Source: an uncultured Dehalococcoidia bacterium
GTDB lineage: Bacteria > Chloroflexota > Dehalococcoidia > Lucifugimonadales > GCA-2712585
DNA length: 64,000 nucleotides
NCBI GenBank assembly: GCA_951812825.1
Contig: OX638324.1
Location: 311,317-375,316, forward strand
Direction: 5' to 3'
Part shown: piece after piece, positions 19,901 through 28,053 of the stretch
How the letters are laid out: every line of letters starts with the position of its first letter
Position numbering within the stretch: position 1 is the stretch's first letter
Position numbers and translations under genes: made by a program
Notes under the pieces: generated by a model
Databases searched by the model: none
Told to the model about the DNA's origin: nothing
The model's input: the letters and a program-made list of their open reading frames with translations, nothing else

Positions 19901-20977
19901 CAAATTCTGAACAACGCTATTGATGCGCTCCGCACTTGCCTCAGACATGGACGTGTACATCACAATATCGCTAACTCTGCTGCCTTCCCCATCTTCCTTA
20001 TCTCTCAACGCTTCAAGAACCAAGCGTGATTTGCCAATTCCCGACAGTCCTACAACTCGAAGCGTCTGTTGTGGCTGACCCGCGCATTTCTGCATACGAG
20101 CCCACAACTCCGGCAATCGTTCATCTTTCACCAAGGGCGAACCGGCGTGTTCTGCTCGATTTGCCCAGTGGAGCCAGGACCGAAAGGGACCTAGAAGTCC
20201 TGGCTGTGTGCGCTCCAACACCCAAACGGCTACAGCCGGATGCTGATTGACCCAAACGGCTATCTGATCGGCGTCTCTAACGTCCACCTGATTATCTCTA
20301 ATCGATGATCCCGCCCCCCGAAGAGCACTCCGAATTCGACTCTTTCTATCTTCAATTTGTTGAAACGAATACGAATGGGCGCAAAGCAGTACGTAATTCC
20401 CGCCGTCTCTTAGGACTCTATCAACCATTGGCTTGACCTTTTGGTCCCCGGATAATACTTCGGAAGCCGCTTTACTCGGCGAAATCTTTCCCGCCTTCAA
20501 CTGGAATTGATTAAGCCTCGACGGAAGGAAAGCTGTTTTGGGCGGGCCACCCTGCCATACTAATCTACCGTCTTCTCCGCCATCCGCAGCATGGATGTTG
20601 CCTGCCACGTGAATCCCACTTCTCTGCAATCCGTGGGCGATGGCCTCGGCATTAAGCAATCTCCGCAAGAGTTCTGGCATGGTTCGCTCGTCAATCGCCG
20701 CGACGTGATCGCCGACTACCTCAAATGGCGAAGGATGAGTAGGAACCCTCCCCCTCACCTTCTTAGCTCCCAGATGCTTCAATGCAGAAGGGTCAGTCTC
20801 AACTAGCCGTAATAGCTTCACCAAGGACGCGGCTGGCTTTACAGTCCCCGCCTCATACTTCGTAAATGCACGCCGACCGCCACCCAATAGTCTACCAGCT
20901 TCTACCTGTGAGAGTCCGAGATTCTCTCGAATGCTCCGAATCTCATCTGGCGTAATTCTGTTAGAGTCTGCATCCAT
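16943..20977 (-). CDS. 1344-aa protein: MqsA-type HTH + PD-(D/E)xK-like nuclease + STAND NTPase + long helical region (Avs/NLR-like defence candidate)
   Basis: N-terminus ITPDEIR.IR..LGLSQ.EA..LLGGG..AF.KYE.G.VKP is MqsA HTH-like. Then DGGEDG...FQLK, Walker A GLSGIGKS, Walker B VVVVDD and the STAND GxP motif (SKGHPL). Confidence 0.8.
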   Translation of the reverse strand: MDADSNRITPDEIRSIRENLGLSQVEAGRLLGGGRRAFTKYEAGTVKPAASLVKLLRLVETDPSALKHLGAKKVRGRVPTHPSPFEVVGDHVAAIDERTMPELLRRLLNAEAIAHGLQRSGIHVAGNIHAADGGEDGRLVWQGGPPKTAFLPSRLNQFQLKAGKISPSKAASEVLSGDQKVKPMVDRVLRDGGNYVLLCAHSYSFQQIEDRKSRIRSALRGAGSSIRDNQVDVRDADQIAVWVNQHPAVAVWVLERTQPGLLGPFRSWLHWANRAEHAGSPLVKDERLPELWARMQKCAGQPQQTLRVVGLSGIGKSRLVLEALRDKEDGEGSRVSDIVMYTSMSEASAERINSVVQNLADSGLRAVVVVDDCELKTHQILAGMVLRQGSRLSLITIDNETSLGSLGADTVEVNEAPETVTAGIIKRILPGLGIENRSRLERFSKGHPLMALRIGEAWKRGAAIAGVADWGMTKTFVLGRHSEEPELLLKVARLLATFGMVGIEGEVEGQFQEVSRLGRDINSKDMYVAIHRLVERGIVQRRGRHVIIQPRPIAMKLTEMQWQEWTTDKWEWVLAGDVDTSLKIQAAKQLALINTTDIAKKVVSRVCRHKGPFNGPKGLYEAGHAEVLSSLAEVDSMMVAESIGGCLDEIDDLTKVEGNLRRHLVWAAEKIAFVPDSFEEGADLLLRLALAENESYANNATGQFGGLFPLVAGGTAADGKTRLLYLDGVIETGDAGQLRMAAMALGAASATYRFTRVLGPESHGLREALKPWHPTVGEAREYLISCVIRLSEIANREDEAGALARKDLGFNLRSLVSREGLIDLVEQVVSTVTDTVGYWPVALTSMSLSFARDAEQLDSETTERVRAVYEKLKPRSLEDRLQAGVTDYLIDFHMKNEQDYQKLYEDRVETARNLAAEMIKEPDTLSRYLSQLSIGSQSLARVFGREIADVSETPLDWLKPVVEAVIKVPRDERNYDLMAGFVAGLNKLHPDEVVAFKKWVGQSRELASSYPLVCAVIGITPSDIHLAIQALQDELLNPIDLREWQNWLGGSTLSSADVTPLFNVLLDHSAEGYREGIDLIWWYATGTSRKLEGLKPVIIKLAENASCWQQPTWWGGDSSEFGSIIDWMLRKGRGDRSACATALSLAKAVVVSERESFFSSGVFIRPVMPRLLSDFPEIVWPIIGEAIISDKLFAETFRFTLGDAFSFSDQPNKLLLNLPEHTLFAWCHAHPNSAPAFTASVVPILTTQGADASEREFHPIMIKLIDEFGEMKNVQRAVESNIFTFSWTGSKTTYFAIYKDAFGKLAEHPKASVRRWVKDVVRQMDSHIRNASNEYEEYFAQSEL

Positions 20978-20983
20978 GACTGC

Positions 20984-21043
20984 ACCATTATGATGTACTT
21001 AACTGCTATGCATCATTATGGTTCATAGACATGGATTTGTCAA
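20984..21043 (-). promoter_or_regulatory. sigma70 promoter of the STAND gene with overlapping inverted repeat
   Basis: Minus strand TTGACA (21043-21038)-17 nt-CATAAT (21020-21015). ACCATTATGATG (20984-20995) and CATCATTATGGT (21011-21022) form an 11/12 inverted repeat. Confidence 0.7.
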
Positions 21044-21182
21044 GGGACAACGAATACCCCGAAAGTCTATACCACATCTGGGAGCGGAAGGACCTTACGG
21101 AGGAGCAGAAGCGGGGGATCCTCCGCGACAACGCCGCCGAAATGTACGGCTTGGACAACGGCAGCTAGCGTTTAGCCTGACC
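21044..21182 (+). repeat. Right copy of the 139-bp direct repeat (displaced 3' fragment of the amidohydrolase gene)
   Basis: Encodes the same peptide DNEYPESLYHIWERKDLTEEQKRGILRDNAAEMYGLDNGS* as 16765-16887. Confidence 0.97.
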
Positions 21183-22279
21183 TACCCCGTCAGCGTCCAC
21201 GCGACGCCGACATCGTCCGCTAGCTCTTTGAGTTCGTCGACAACCGCAGGGAGCAGGGGAATTCCCCTGCTCCTTCGCTCTTGTTCCTTGGCGTGCTCCG
21301 GGTCTCCTGCAACCATCACCCGGTCGAATCCCCGGGCCGGCTCCGTCTTGTGCACCCGGTCGAACATGTCGTCCATCTGCCCCTGAAACTCGTCCAGCGG
21401 ACGGAAGGCGTCCACGCGGATGGCGCAGAAGAAGTGGCCCACGCTTCCGTAGTTTTCGCCAGCGTCCATCTGTATCGAAGCGCCGTGCCCGGACAGAATC
21501 CCGCACAGCACATCCACCAGCATCCCCAGCCCGTAACCCTTGTGGCTGCCCAGCTCCGGCGTGCTCCCCAGGGGCAGCAGCTTCCGCGCCTCCACCGCCA
21601 CGCTGGGGTCCGAAGTGGGAACCCCCTCGTCGTCAGCCGCCACGCCCAGGGGTATCTCCGTCCCTAGGCGCGTCGTCAGAATAAGCTTCTGAAACACCAT
21701 CGCGCTCGTACCCACGTCCAGGCAGAAGTCCGGCTCGCCGCCGGAAGGCGCGCCAACGCTGATGGGGTTCGTCCCGTACACGGGCTCGCGGCCTCCCGTC
21801 GGCAGCACGATGGGGTTGCTGTTGGTGCTGGAGATGCCGATCATCCCGTGGGGTACGGCCATCATGGAGAAATACTGCGCTGCGCCGAAGTGATGGCTGT
21901 TCTTCACCGCCACCATACCAATAAACGAATCCCGAGCCTTTTCGATGGCCATATTCATGGCGCGTACGCCCGCGGAGAGGCCCAGGCCCAGGTTTGCGTC
22001 CAGAAGGGCCGTGACGGGCGTTTCCCGGACCACCGTCAGCGGCGCGGTGGGCTTTATCTTGCCGCTCTGAATGTCCCGGACGTAGATGCGGCCCAGGTTG
22101 TTGTTGGACATTCCGTGGGTCTCAACGCCCCGCAGGTCGGCGTACACCAGCACGTCCGCCGCCATCGTCGCGTCTTCCGGCGGCACTCCCAGCTTGGTCA
22201 GTACGTCAGCGGCAAAGGTGCGCAGACCGCCAGAGTCTACCCGAATTCTATCCTCGGAACCCTGTCCCTCGCTGGCCAT
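21182..22279 (-). CDS. Ldh_2 family oxidoreductase (malate/lactate/ureidoglycolate dehydrogenase type 2)
   Basis: ADLRG..THG, NSHHFGA, GTNPIS, LLPLG.....GSHKGYGL....D.L.G.LSG. Confidence 0.9.
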   Translation of the reverse strand: MASEGQGSEDRIRVDSGGLRTFAADVLTKLGVPPEDATMAADVLVYADLRGVETHGMSNNNLGRIYVRDIQSGKIKPTAPLTVVRETPVTALLDANLGLGLSAGVRAMNMAIEKARDSFIGMVAVKNSHHFGAAQYFSMMAVPHGMIGISSTNSNPIVLPTGGREPVYGTNPISVGAPSGGEPDFCLDVGTSAMVFQKLILTTRLGTEIPLGVAADDEGVPTSDPSVAVEARKLLPLGSTPELGSHKGYGLGMLVDVLCGILSGHGASIQMDAGENYGSVGHFFCAIRVDAFRPLDEFQGQMDDMFDRVHKTEPARGFDRVMVAGDPEHAKEQERRSRGIPLLPAVVDELKELADDVGVAWTLTG

Positions 22280-22398
22280 ACTTGCGCCGCCTTTACTCAA
22301 GATTTGCACACCCCACTCCCTCATACCCGAGAAGGCGGGAATTCATCTTCGCCCCACGAGTCACTCTGAGGTTCCCTGAAGACTCGCGCCCCCAAACC

Positions 22399-23403
22399 CT
22401 ACAGATTAAACTGCGGGTCCACCCAGTCCTGCTCCTTGCGGTACACCTGAATGCGCCACCTCTGGTCTTCCACAATGTAGATCGAACCGTCGTCGCCGAT
22501 CTCCACCGCCACCGGCGAGTAGAAGAGCTGCTCCTGCGCCAGGCTCGTCGCCCTCATTCGTGCTTTGCGATAGTCGGGGTTGTCGTCCAGGAACTGCTGC
22601 GCCCACTTGGAGGGCTTGTCGGCGTTGCCGATGAAAGTCGTCAGGTGCTCGCCGTCGCCGTCGAAGACCTCAACCTTGTTGTTCCACCAGTCCGTTATGT
22701 AAACATCGCCGTCGGAGTCCACCGCCACGTCGCTCGGCAGATTCAGTTCGCCGATACCCTTGCCGGGAGTGCCGAAGGTCATCATGTACTGGCCGTCCGA
22801 CGAGAATTTCTGCACGCGGTTGTTATGCCAGTCGGCGACGAATACGTTGTCGTATTTGTCCACCGCCAGCCCCCAGGGACGGATAAGCTGGTCGTCGCCG
22901 GTCCCCTCGGAGCCGAAGCTCCCCAGGTACTGTCCGTCTGGCGTAAATCTCTGCACCCGATGGTTCAGGTTCTCCGTGATTAGAAGCTCGCCCTTGCTGT
23001 TGAAGGCCAGACCCGCCGGTCCGTTCAGCTCACCCGGGCCGGAGCCGGGGACGCCCCACTTCGATAGAAAATTCCCTTCTTTGTCGAAAATAGAAATCCG
23101 GTGGAGCCACTCGTCGGCCAGGTACAGCCGACCCTCGTCGTCCAACGCTATCGAATTCCCCCACACCCACTCCCCGTCGCCTTCGCCCGGGCCGCCATAC
23201 TCCCTGACAAATTCCTCGTCGGTGGTCAGCACGGTAACGCGCTGGCACGGCTCCCCCTCGGAACCACGACTCAGGACGTAGATCAGGTCGTCCTTACCCA
23301 AGGCCAGGTCCAACGGATTGCGAAATCCCAAACCCCCGGGAGTGCCCATGCCTATGGCGTGGATGTAGTTGTAGGTGCGGCCCTTGACCATAACCGTCTG
23401 CAT
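22399..23403 (-). CDS. NHL-repeat 6-bladed beta-propeller (partner of DUF1800 copy 1)
   Basis: Repeated P.GLA.D..G..YV.D..NHR.Q.F...G.(F/Y)...G..G...G units. Start at MQTVMVKGR after AGGAG. Confidence 0.9.
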   Translation of the reverse strand: MQTVMVKGRTYNYIHAIGMGTPGGLGFRNPLDLALGKDDLIYVLSRGSEGEPCQRVTVLTTDEEFVREYGGPGEGDGEWVWGNSIALDDEGRLYLADEWLHRISIFDKEGNFLSKWGVPGSGPGELNGPAGLAFNSKGELLITENLNHRVQRFTPDGQYLGSFGSEGTGDDQLIRPWGLAVDKYDNVFVADWHNNRVQKFSSDGQYMMTFGTPGKGIGELNLPSDVAVDSDGDVYITDWWNNKVEVFDGDGEHLTTFIGNADKPSKWAQQFLDDNPDYRKARMRATSLAQEQLFYSPVAVEIGDDGSIYIVEDQRWRIQVYRKEQDWVDPQFNL

Positions 23404-23459
23404 TCTTTCTTGCCCTCTCCTAATCTGATTCTTGCGAAAGGCGAGTCGACAATCGGCGC

Positions 23460-24863
23460 TTAGCCGAACTGGTACTCCCTGGTCGAAGCGATTATCTGCA
23501 TTGCGCCAACTACCCGGTCTGAGAAGTTGGCCGAATCCCCGTTGCCGTTGCCCGGTTGGTTCTTGTTTACGTGGTCGATCAGTTCCTGCCGGGTCTCGTC
23601 TTCCACCTGCACCGGCCCCATCAGGTCCAGGCAGCCGTCCACAAGCCCTTCGGAATCCAGGGCCCCATGGGTCGACATCCTTTCGATGATGTTCTGGATG
23701 CCCGGAAGTTCCTGCTTCACCATCTGGTCGGCGGCAAAGTTGATGCGACGCAGCAGCGCGCCGCTGTCGATCCACTCTCCGCCTGTGTGCCATCCCTCCA
23801 CGCTGGGCGGATCCAACAGCGCCTGTCCTTGGAAGTTGCACTCCTCCACCAGGGTGGTAATGCCGGGCTTCGGGTACTGGAAGTCGCCTACGAGCCTCAT
23901 GGTGCCGGCAATAAGCTCTGCCGGACTCTTCACCTTGGCGTACCAGACGCTTTCGTCCTTGAAGAAGTCGGAAGTGAAAACCGTCCGAAGGGTCTCCCGC
24001 ATGTCGTAGCCGGAGCTAATAAATGTGTCCCCAATCAGGTTGATGGCCACCGGGTCTCGCGGCGCCACGTCCTGCCAGCTGGGCACCTGCACCTCGTCGG
24101 CCACGAAGAAGTTGTAGAGATGACGGGCGATGAACCGCGCAGTCGCGGGCTGTCGGATCACGATGTCGATAATGTCTTCACCATTGAACCGCCCTCGATG
24201 TCCCAGGAACATCTTCTCCGTGTCGTCGTGGTCGTCCGCACGATACTGAAACTCCCACAGGAAGCGGCCGTAGGGATTCCTCGGCAGTTTGTTTGAAATG
24301 GTCCAGCCGGTGAACGCTCGGGCGCACTCCTTCACGTCCTCCTCCGTGTAGTTCCCCTGGCCCATTGAGAAAAGCTCCAGCAGCTCCCGTCCCCAGTTTT
24401 CGTTCGGCGCGTGTTTGTGGTTCTCGTTGTTGTCCAGCCAGAAGATCATGGCCGGGTCCTTGGAAAGTTCAACCAGAATGTCCCGATAGTTGCCCATTCC
24501 GCATCGTCGGAAGGTCGCAATCTGGGACAGCATCTGGTTGCCGTTATCAACCTTGGAATAGCCGGTTGCGAAGACGTGATGCCAGAAGAGGACCATCTTC
24601 TCGACCAAGGGCCTGGGAGTGTTGATCATCCTGTACATCCAGTTGCCCTGCATGTGCAGGGGATTCCCCGGATTGCGGAACCCGTGAAGGTGGCGATACA
24701 GGATTCCCTCGTTGAAGGGCGGGATGCCGTGGGCCTCGGGGTCGAGAAGCTCCTCGACTGTTGCCTCGTATCCCTTGGCGGCTCTCGCTTCAAGCTCGTC
24801 TCTCGACGCTCCAAAGCCGGCTCGACGCATGAGGTGCGCCATCAGTGCGATGTCTCTTTCCAT
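23460..24863 (-). CDS. DUF1800 family protein (copy 1)
   Basis: AHLMRRAGFG, L.EKM.LFWH..FAT, DPAM..WLDN, NENWGRELLELFSMG, PPSVEGW, C-terminal EYQ. Confidence 0.85.
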   Translation of the reverse strand: MERDIALMAHLMRRAGFGASRDELEARAAKGYEATVEELLDPEAHGIPPFNEGILYRHLHGFRNPGNPLHMQGNWMYRMINTPRPLVEKMVLFWHHVFATGYSKVDNGNQMLSQIATFRRCGMGNYRDILVELSKDPAMIFWLDNNENHKHAPNENWGRELLELFSMGQGNYTEEDVKECARAFTGWTISNKLPRNPYGRFLWEFQYRADDHDDTEKMFLGHRGRFNGEDIIDIVIRQPATARFIARHLYNFFVADEVQVPSWQDVAPRDPVAINLIGDTFISSGYDMRETLRTVFTSDFFKDESVWYAKVKSPAELIAGTMRLVGDFQYPKPGITTLVEECNFQGQALLDPPSVEGWHTGGEWIDSGALLRRINFAADQMVKQELPGIQNIIERMSTHGALDSEGLVDGCLDLMGPVQVEDETRQELIDHVNKNQPGNGNGDSANFSDRVVGAMQIIASTREYQFG

Positions 24864-24880
24864 CTCCCATCTCCTTCTAT

Positions 24881-24906
24881 GTCATTCTTAACGAAGCGAA
24901 GAATCT
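24881..24906 (+). repeat. REP-like element, GTCATTCTGA...GAAGAATCT family
   Basis: gtcattcttaacgaagcgaagaatct. Related copies at about 34154, 38865, 45636, 54282 and 60226. Confidence 0.7.
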
Positions 24907-25064
24907 CATCCCCGCGCAACCTGCGATACTGCCTACATTGTATTCATAATTTCGTCTCATGGCTACCGGTGGGCTGAATGGTGCCTTCCCCTTTGAACAC
25001 GTCCCTACTATGATGGACTGAGCAGAGTTTGCGTCGTCGTAAGCGACGCGAGGAAGGAATAAGT

Positions 25065-25418
25065 ATGACACAGCTTGTACGAGAAAAGTGCGTGGCATGC
25101 CGCAGGGATGCACCCAGGGTTACCGACGCCGAGATTGAGCAGCTACACCCCATAGTTTCCGATTGGGATCTCATCGAAGTGGACGGCATCAACCGTCTTC
25201 AACGCAGTTTCCGCTTCCGAAATTTCCAGCAGGCCATGGACTTCACGACAACCATTGGTGCCATCGCCGAGGAAGAAGGACATCACCCAAAGCTGGTCAC
25301 CGAGTGGGGACGGGTCACCATCGACTGGTGGACCCACAAGATACGCGGCCTCCACCGTAACGACTTCATCATGGCCGCCAAAACCGACCGCACCTTCCAG
25401 GACTCGGCTCTCGACTAG
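25065..25418 (+). CDS. phhB: Pterin-4-alpha-carbinolamine dehydratase
   Basis: C.AC, F.F.NF..A, AEEEGHHP, WWTH.I.GLH.NDFIMAAK.D. Confidence 0.9.
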   Translation: MTQLVREKCVACRRDAPRVTDAEIEQLHPIVSDWDLIEVDGINRLQRSFRFRNFQQAMDFTTTIGAIAEEEGHHPKLVTEWGRVTIDWWTHKIRGLHRNDFIMAAKTDRTFQDSALD

Positions 25419-25514
25419 CGAATAGCTACAGTAAGGTCCGGCGGTCCCTCGCTGAGTTGGGTTGCCCCGGCCTTCTTCCCCACCCATAGCAGGCTTGGAA
25501 GAGGCGTGCGAGGG

Positions 25515-27170
25515 TCATCGCGTCTCCTTTCGCAGCGTAAAGAACATGGAGAAACGTATCTTCTCCGCGGTTATTGACCCGCCCGTCATCCAGGATTGTA
25601 GCTGACCTACGAACGGCTCCACGTCACGTCTATAGTCGGACAGCATATCGGCGTCAAGCGAGTTCTCCACCGCCTCCACTATGGCGGCGATATCTACATA
25701 GAGGAGATAGTGAAGAGGTTGAGGCGCCTGGGAGATTAGCTCAGCGAACGCCGGAACGGAGGACAACGACTCGCGCCGGCCCGTCGACGTTTCCTGAAAC
25801 GCTTCTATGCGGTCCACGTTGCTTCCCACGACGGCCCACCTGTCGGTGACCAGATACCCCGGCACGTAGCCCTCGCTCGTCAGTTCGTCAATGTGGAAAG
25901 TGGCCATCTCGTGGTCTTCCCATTCATCCCTTTGGACTTCTATCTCTTCTCCTGCCAAAAGTTCGGCGAGTTGCTCCAGCCCGTCAATGATTCCCACCGG
26001 GTCCTCTACGCCAACCAGCAGCAGCACCTCGATTACTGCGGAAGGAGTTTGGGGCAGGAACAGCCCAAGATCGCTGGGTAACAGCGCCAAGGCGATTTCG
26101 CCCGTAAGGGAGCCGATGATGTCCCTCTCCAAGTCTATGCCAGTCTCATCCTCGAAACCTGCCAGGAACTCGTCCACAGAGGACTCATCCACGCCCCTGG
26201 CCATGTCTAGAGCTTCTTCTAATAGCCGGTCTACGCCCGCCATGGCATATACTGCGACGGTGTCTGCGGGCAGAACATCCAGCGACATGAGTCGATCGTC
26301 TTCGCTCAGGGCGAAAGTCTCTGATGGGGTTTCGGCAATCATGTCCATACGGAGGCCATCAGCGATGAACGAGGCGGATCCCGCTACGTAGCCCGGCAGG
26401 TCTGTCGTTAACGGCTCCAGCCCAACTGTATCTGTGTACGGATCAGCAACTTCCTCCAGCGAGTCCACAAGCTCTCCCGTCCGCAGGAAAAGGAACATTA
26501 CGCGCTGGCTGGGCAGGGACTCTTGGGCCGCGACGAACTCCGGATTGTCTGCCAGCGACTTCTCAGGCGGGGAATTGATGTTTTCGAGCATCTCCATTAT
26601 CGATCCTTCCCTGTCCGCAACGAAAAGATACTCCTCGCTGAGGCCAAGGCCCAGTTCCTCTTCCTCAGTCAACCACAAGTCCATGCCTGCACGCTGTTCA
26701 TGGACAAATTCCGCGTCCATTTCGTCCTCAAATAGATTCGCCAGTCTTTCAGCGAAATTCTCGGCCGACACCCTATCGGAAACCTGCGCCATCAGCGCCC
26801 ACTTCACACTATCCGTGTCCGCGTGGAAAAGGACGAAGGTAACATCAGTCCCAAGCCAGGAAGTCACGTCATCCAGGAAGTGAAGGCCCGTTTCATCCTC
26901 TAATTCATCAAGCAGATCGTCCCGACGCTCCAGAAATTCCTCCGTCTGAAACCGATCCATTACGTCCTGCGCCAGACTCAACTGGTTCATTCCGGGACGA
27001 GTGTTAATCGTGACGTACCCTATGGCGCTCTCAGGCACAAATCGGGCTGTCGCTTCGCCTGGACGTCCTGTCCCCCGTAGCCAAAGCACACCCAAGACTA
27101 CGACAATAGCGACTACTACGAGCATTACGCCGCTTCCACCCCACAGCAGTATCTTCCTCCGCCCTGTCAC
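25515..27170 (-). CDS. Membrane-anchored acidic protein, DUF3352-like
   Basis: N-terminal TM helix, A..VP......Y..I, WLG.....V, L...P.F......LP, G.D...D....L.GE pattern. Confidence 0.6.
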   Translation of the reverse strand: MTGRRKILLWGGSGVMLVVVAIVVVLGVLWLRGTGRPGEATARFVPESAIGYVTINTRPGMNQLSLAQDVMDRFQTEEFLERRDDLLDELEDETGLHFLDDVTSWLGTDVTFVLFHADTDSVKWALMAQVSDRVSAENFAERLANLFEDEMDAEFVHEQRAGMDLWLTEEEELGLGLSEEYLFVADREGSIMEMLENINSPPEKSLADNPEFVAAQESLPSQRVMFLFLRTGELVDSLEEVADPYTDTVGLEPLTTDLPGYVAGSASFIADGLRMDMIAETPSETFALSEDDRLMSLDVLPADTVAVYAMAGVDRLLEEALDMARGVDESSVDEFLAGFEDETGIDLERDIIGSLTGEIALALLPSDLGLFLPQTPSAVIEVLLLVGVEDPVGIIDGLEQLAELLAGEEIEVQRDEWEDHEMATFHIDELTSEGYVPGYLVTDRWAVVGSNVDRIEAFQETSTGRRESLSSVPAFAELISQAPQPLHYLLYVDIAAIVEAVENSLDADMLSDYRRDVEPFVGQLQSWMTGGSITAEKIRFSMFFTLRKETR

Positions 27171-27405
27171 GATAGACTCACCTTACGCCTTGGAATCGCC
27201 CTCACGTCCGCCGGTGGAACCTGTTGAGCAGACCTGGGTCGCCTCAGTATACAATGTGCAAAGTGTTAGCGGGCAGGATGGAGAGACCGAAACCTTCAAT
27301 GTTCTCAGGTACTTGCAAAGATTCTCTTCTGATTCGCAGACGACTGCTATTCCGAATAGGACCCGCCATTAGCACCGTGCCGAAACCCAATGCCGGAGTG
27401 GCAGC

Positions 27406-27963
27406 TTGAACCTCCGCCGCGACGAAACCTTCTCCGTAAGAGTCATCCGCGTTAACGACGGCGACGGTTGCATTGCGACGCGCCTCGGCTGGTTTCGCCG
27501 CAACCGTGAGACCATCGAAATCCGGCTCCACGCAATCGACGCGCCGGAGTACGACCAGCCCTTTGGCCGTGAGGCAACCCATCGTCTGAAGCGTATCGCC
27601 GAGGGTAAACGGTTCAACTGCAAGGTTTGGGACCCAACAGACCAGTTTGGACGCGTCGTCGGCGTCCTCTACCAGCGCAGGCTTGGGCAGTCCGTCAACC
27701 GGCAAATGGTGGAATCCGGCATGGCCTACCGGTTCACCCGATTCGGTGAGATGAGCGGACTCGGCCTGACCAACGCCGAAAGAGACGCTCGCCGCCAGAA
27801 GCTGGGTGTCTGGAGCCTTCCCGACGGCGGCGTCAGACCCTGGCATCACCGGCGGCGGCAGCGCGCCCAAGCCCGGGGGCGTCGGAGCATCGAATACCAG
27901 GTTCTCAGGCTTGCCTTCAAGTCCTTGGCGTGGCTGCTGAGAAAGCTCCTCCGCCTCCGTTAG
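27406..27963 (+). CDS. Thermonuclease (SNase-like) family protein
   Basis: V.DGD, IRL..IDAPE..QPFG.EA, D.FGR..G, VN..MV..G.A, AR..K.G.W. Confidence 0.85.
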   Translation: MNLRRDETFSVRVIRVNDGDGCIATRLGWFRRNRETIEIRLHAIDAPEYDQPFGREATHRLKRIAEGKRFNCKVWDPTDQFGRVVGVLYQRRLGQSVNRQMVESGMAYRFTRFGEMSGLGLTNAERDARRQKLGVWSLPDGGVRPWHHRRRQRAQARGRRSIEYQVLRLAFKSLAWLLRKLLRLR

Positions 27964-28053
27964 GCGCGGCGCTCCAAATAGGGAACTTCTCGTAGGGAAT
28001 GGTTTCAAACCAACTCCTCCCACATCCGTATCTACCTTCGTCAGGCAAGACAG

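Larger units (their letters stand above)
16763..21182. mobile_element. Putative single-gene genomic island bounded by 139-bp direct repeats; no integrase
   Basis: Direct repeats flank a visibly less GC-biased 4-kb gene. Removing one repeat plus the interior leaves the amidohydrolase and Ldh-family genes converging. Confidence 0.7.

Noticed and set aside
21018-21386. 122-aa ORF across the right direct repeat
   Set aside because: It reads the duplicated gene end out of frame and runs antisense into the Ldh-family gene.
23404-23841. ORF-track N-terminal extensions (also 9762-10073, 40712-40795, 58993-59166, 55511-55588)
   Set aside because: They overlap neighbouring genes or repeats; downstream starts match family N-termini, most with an SD.
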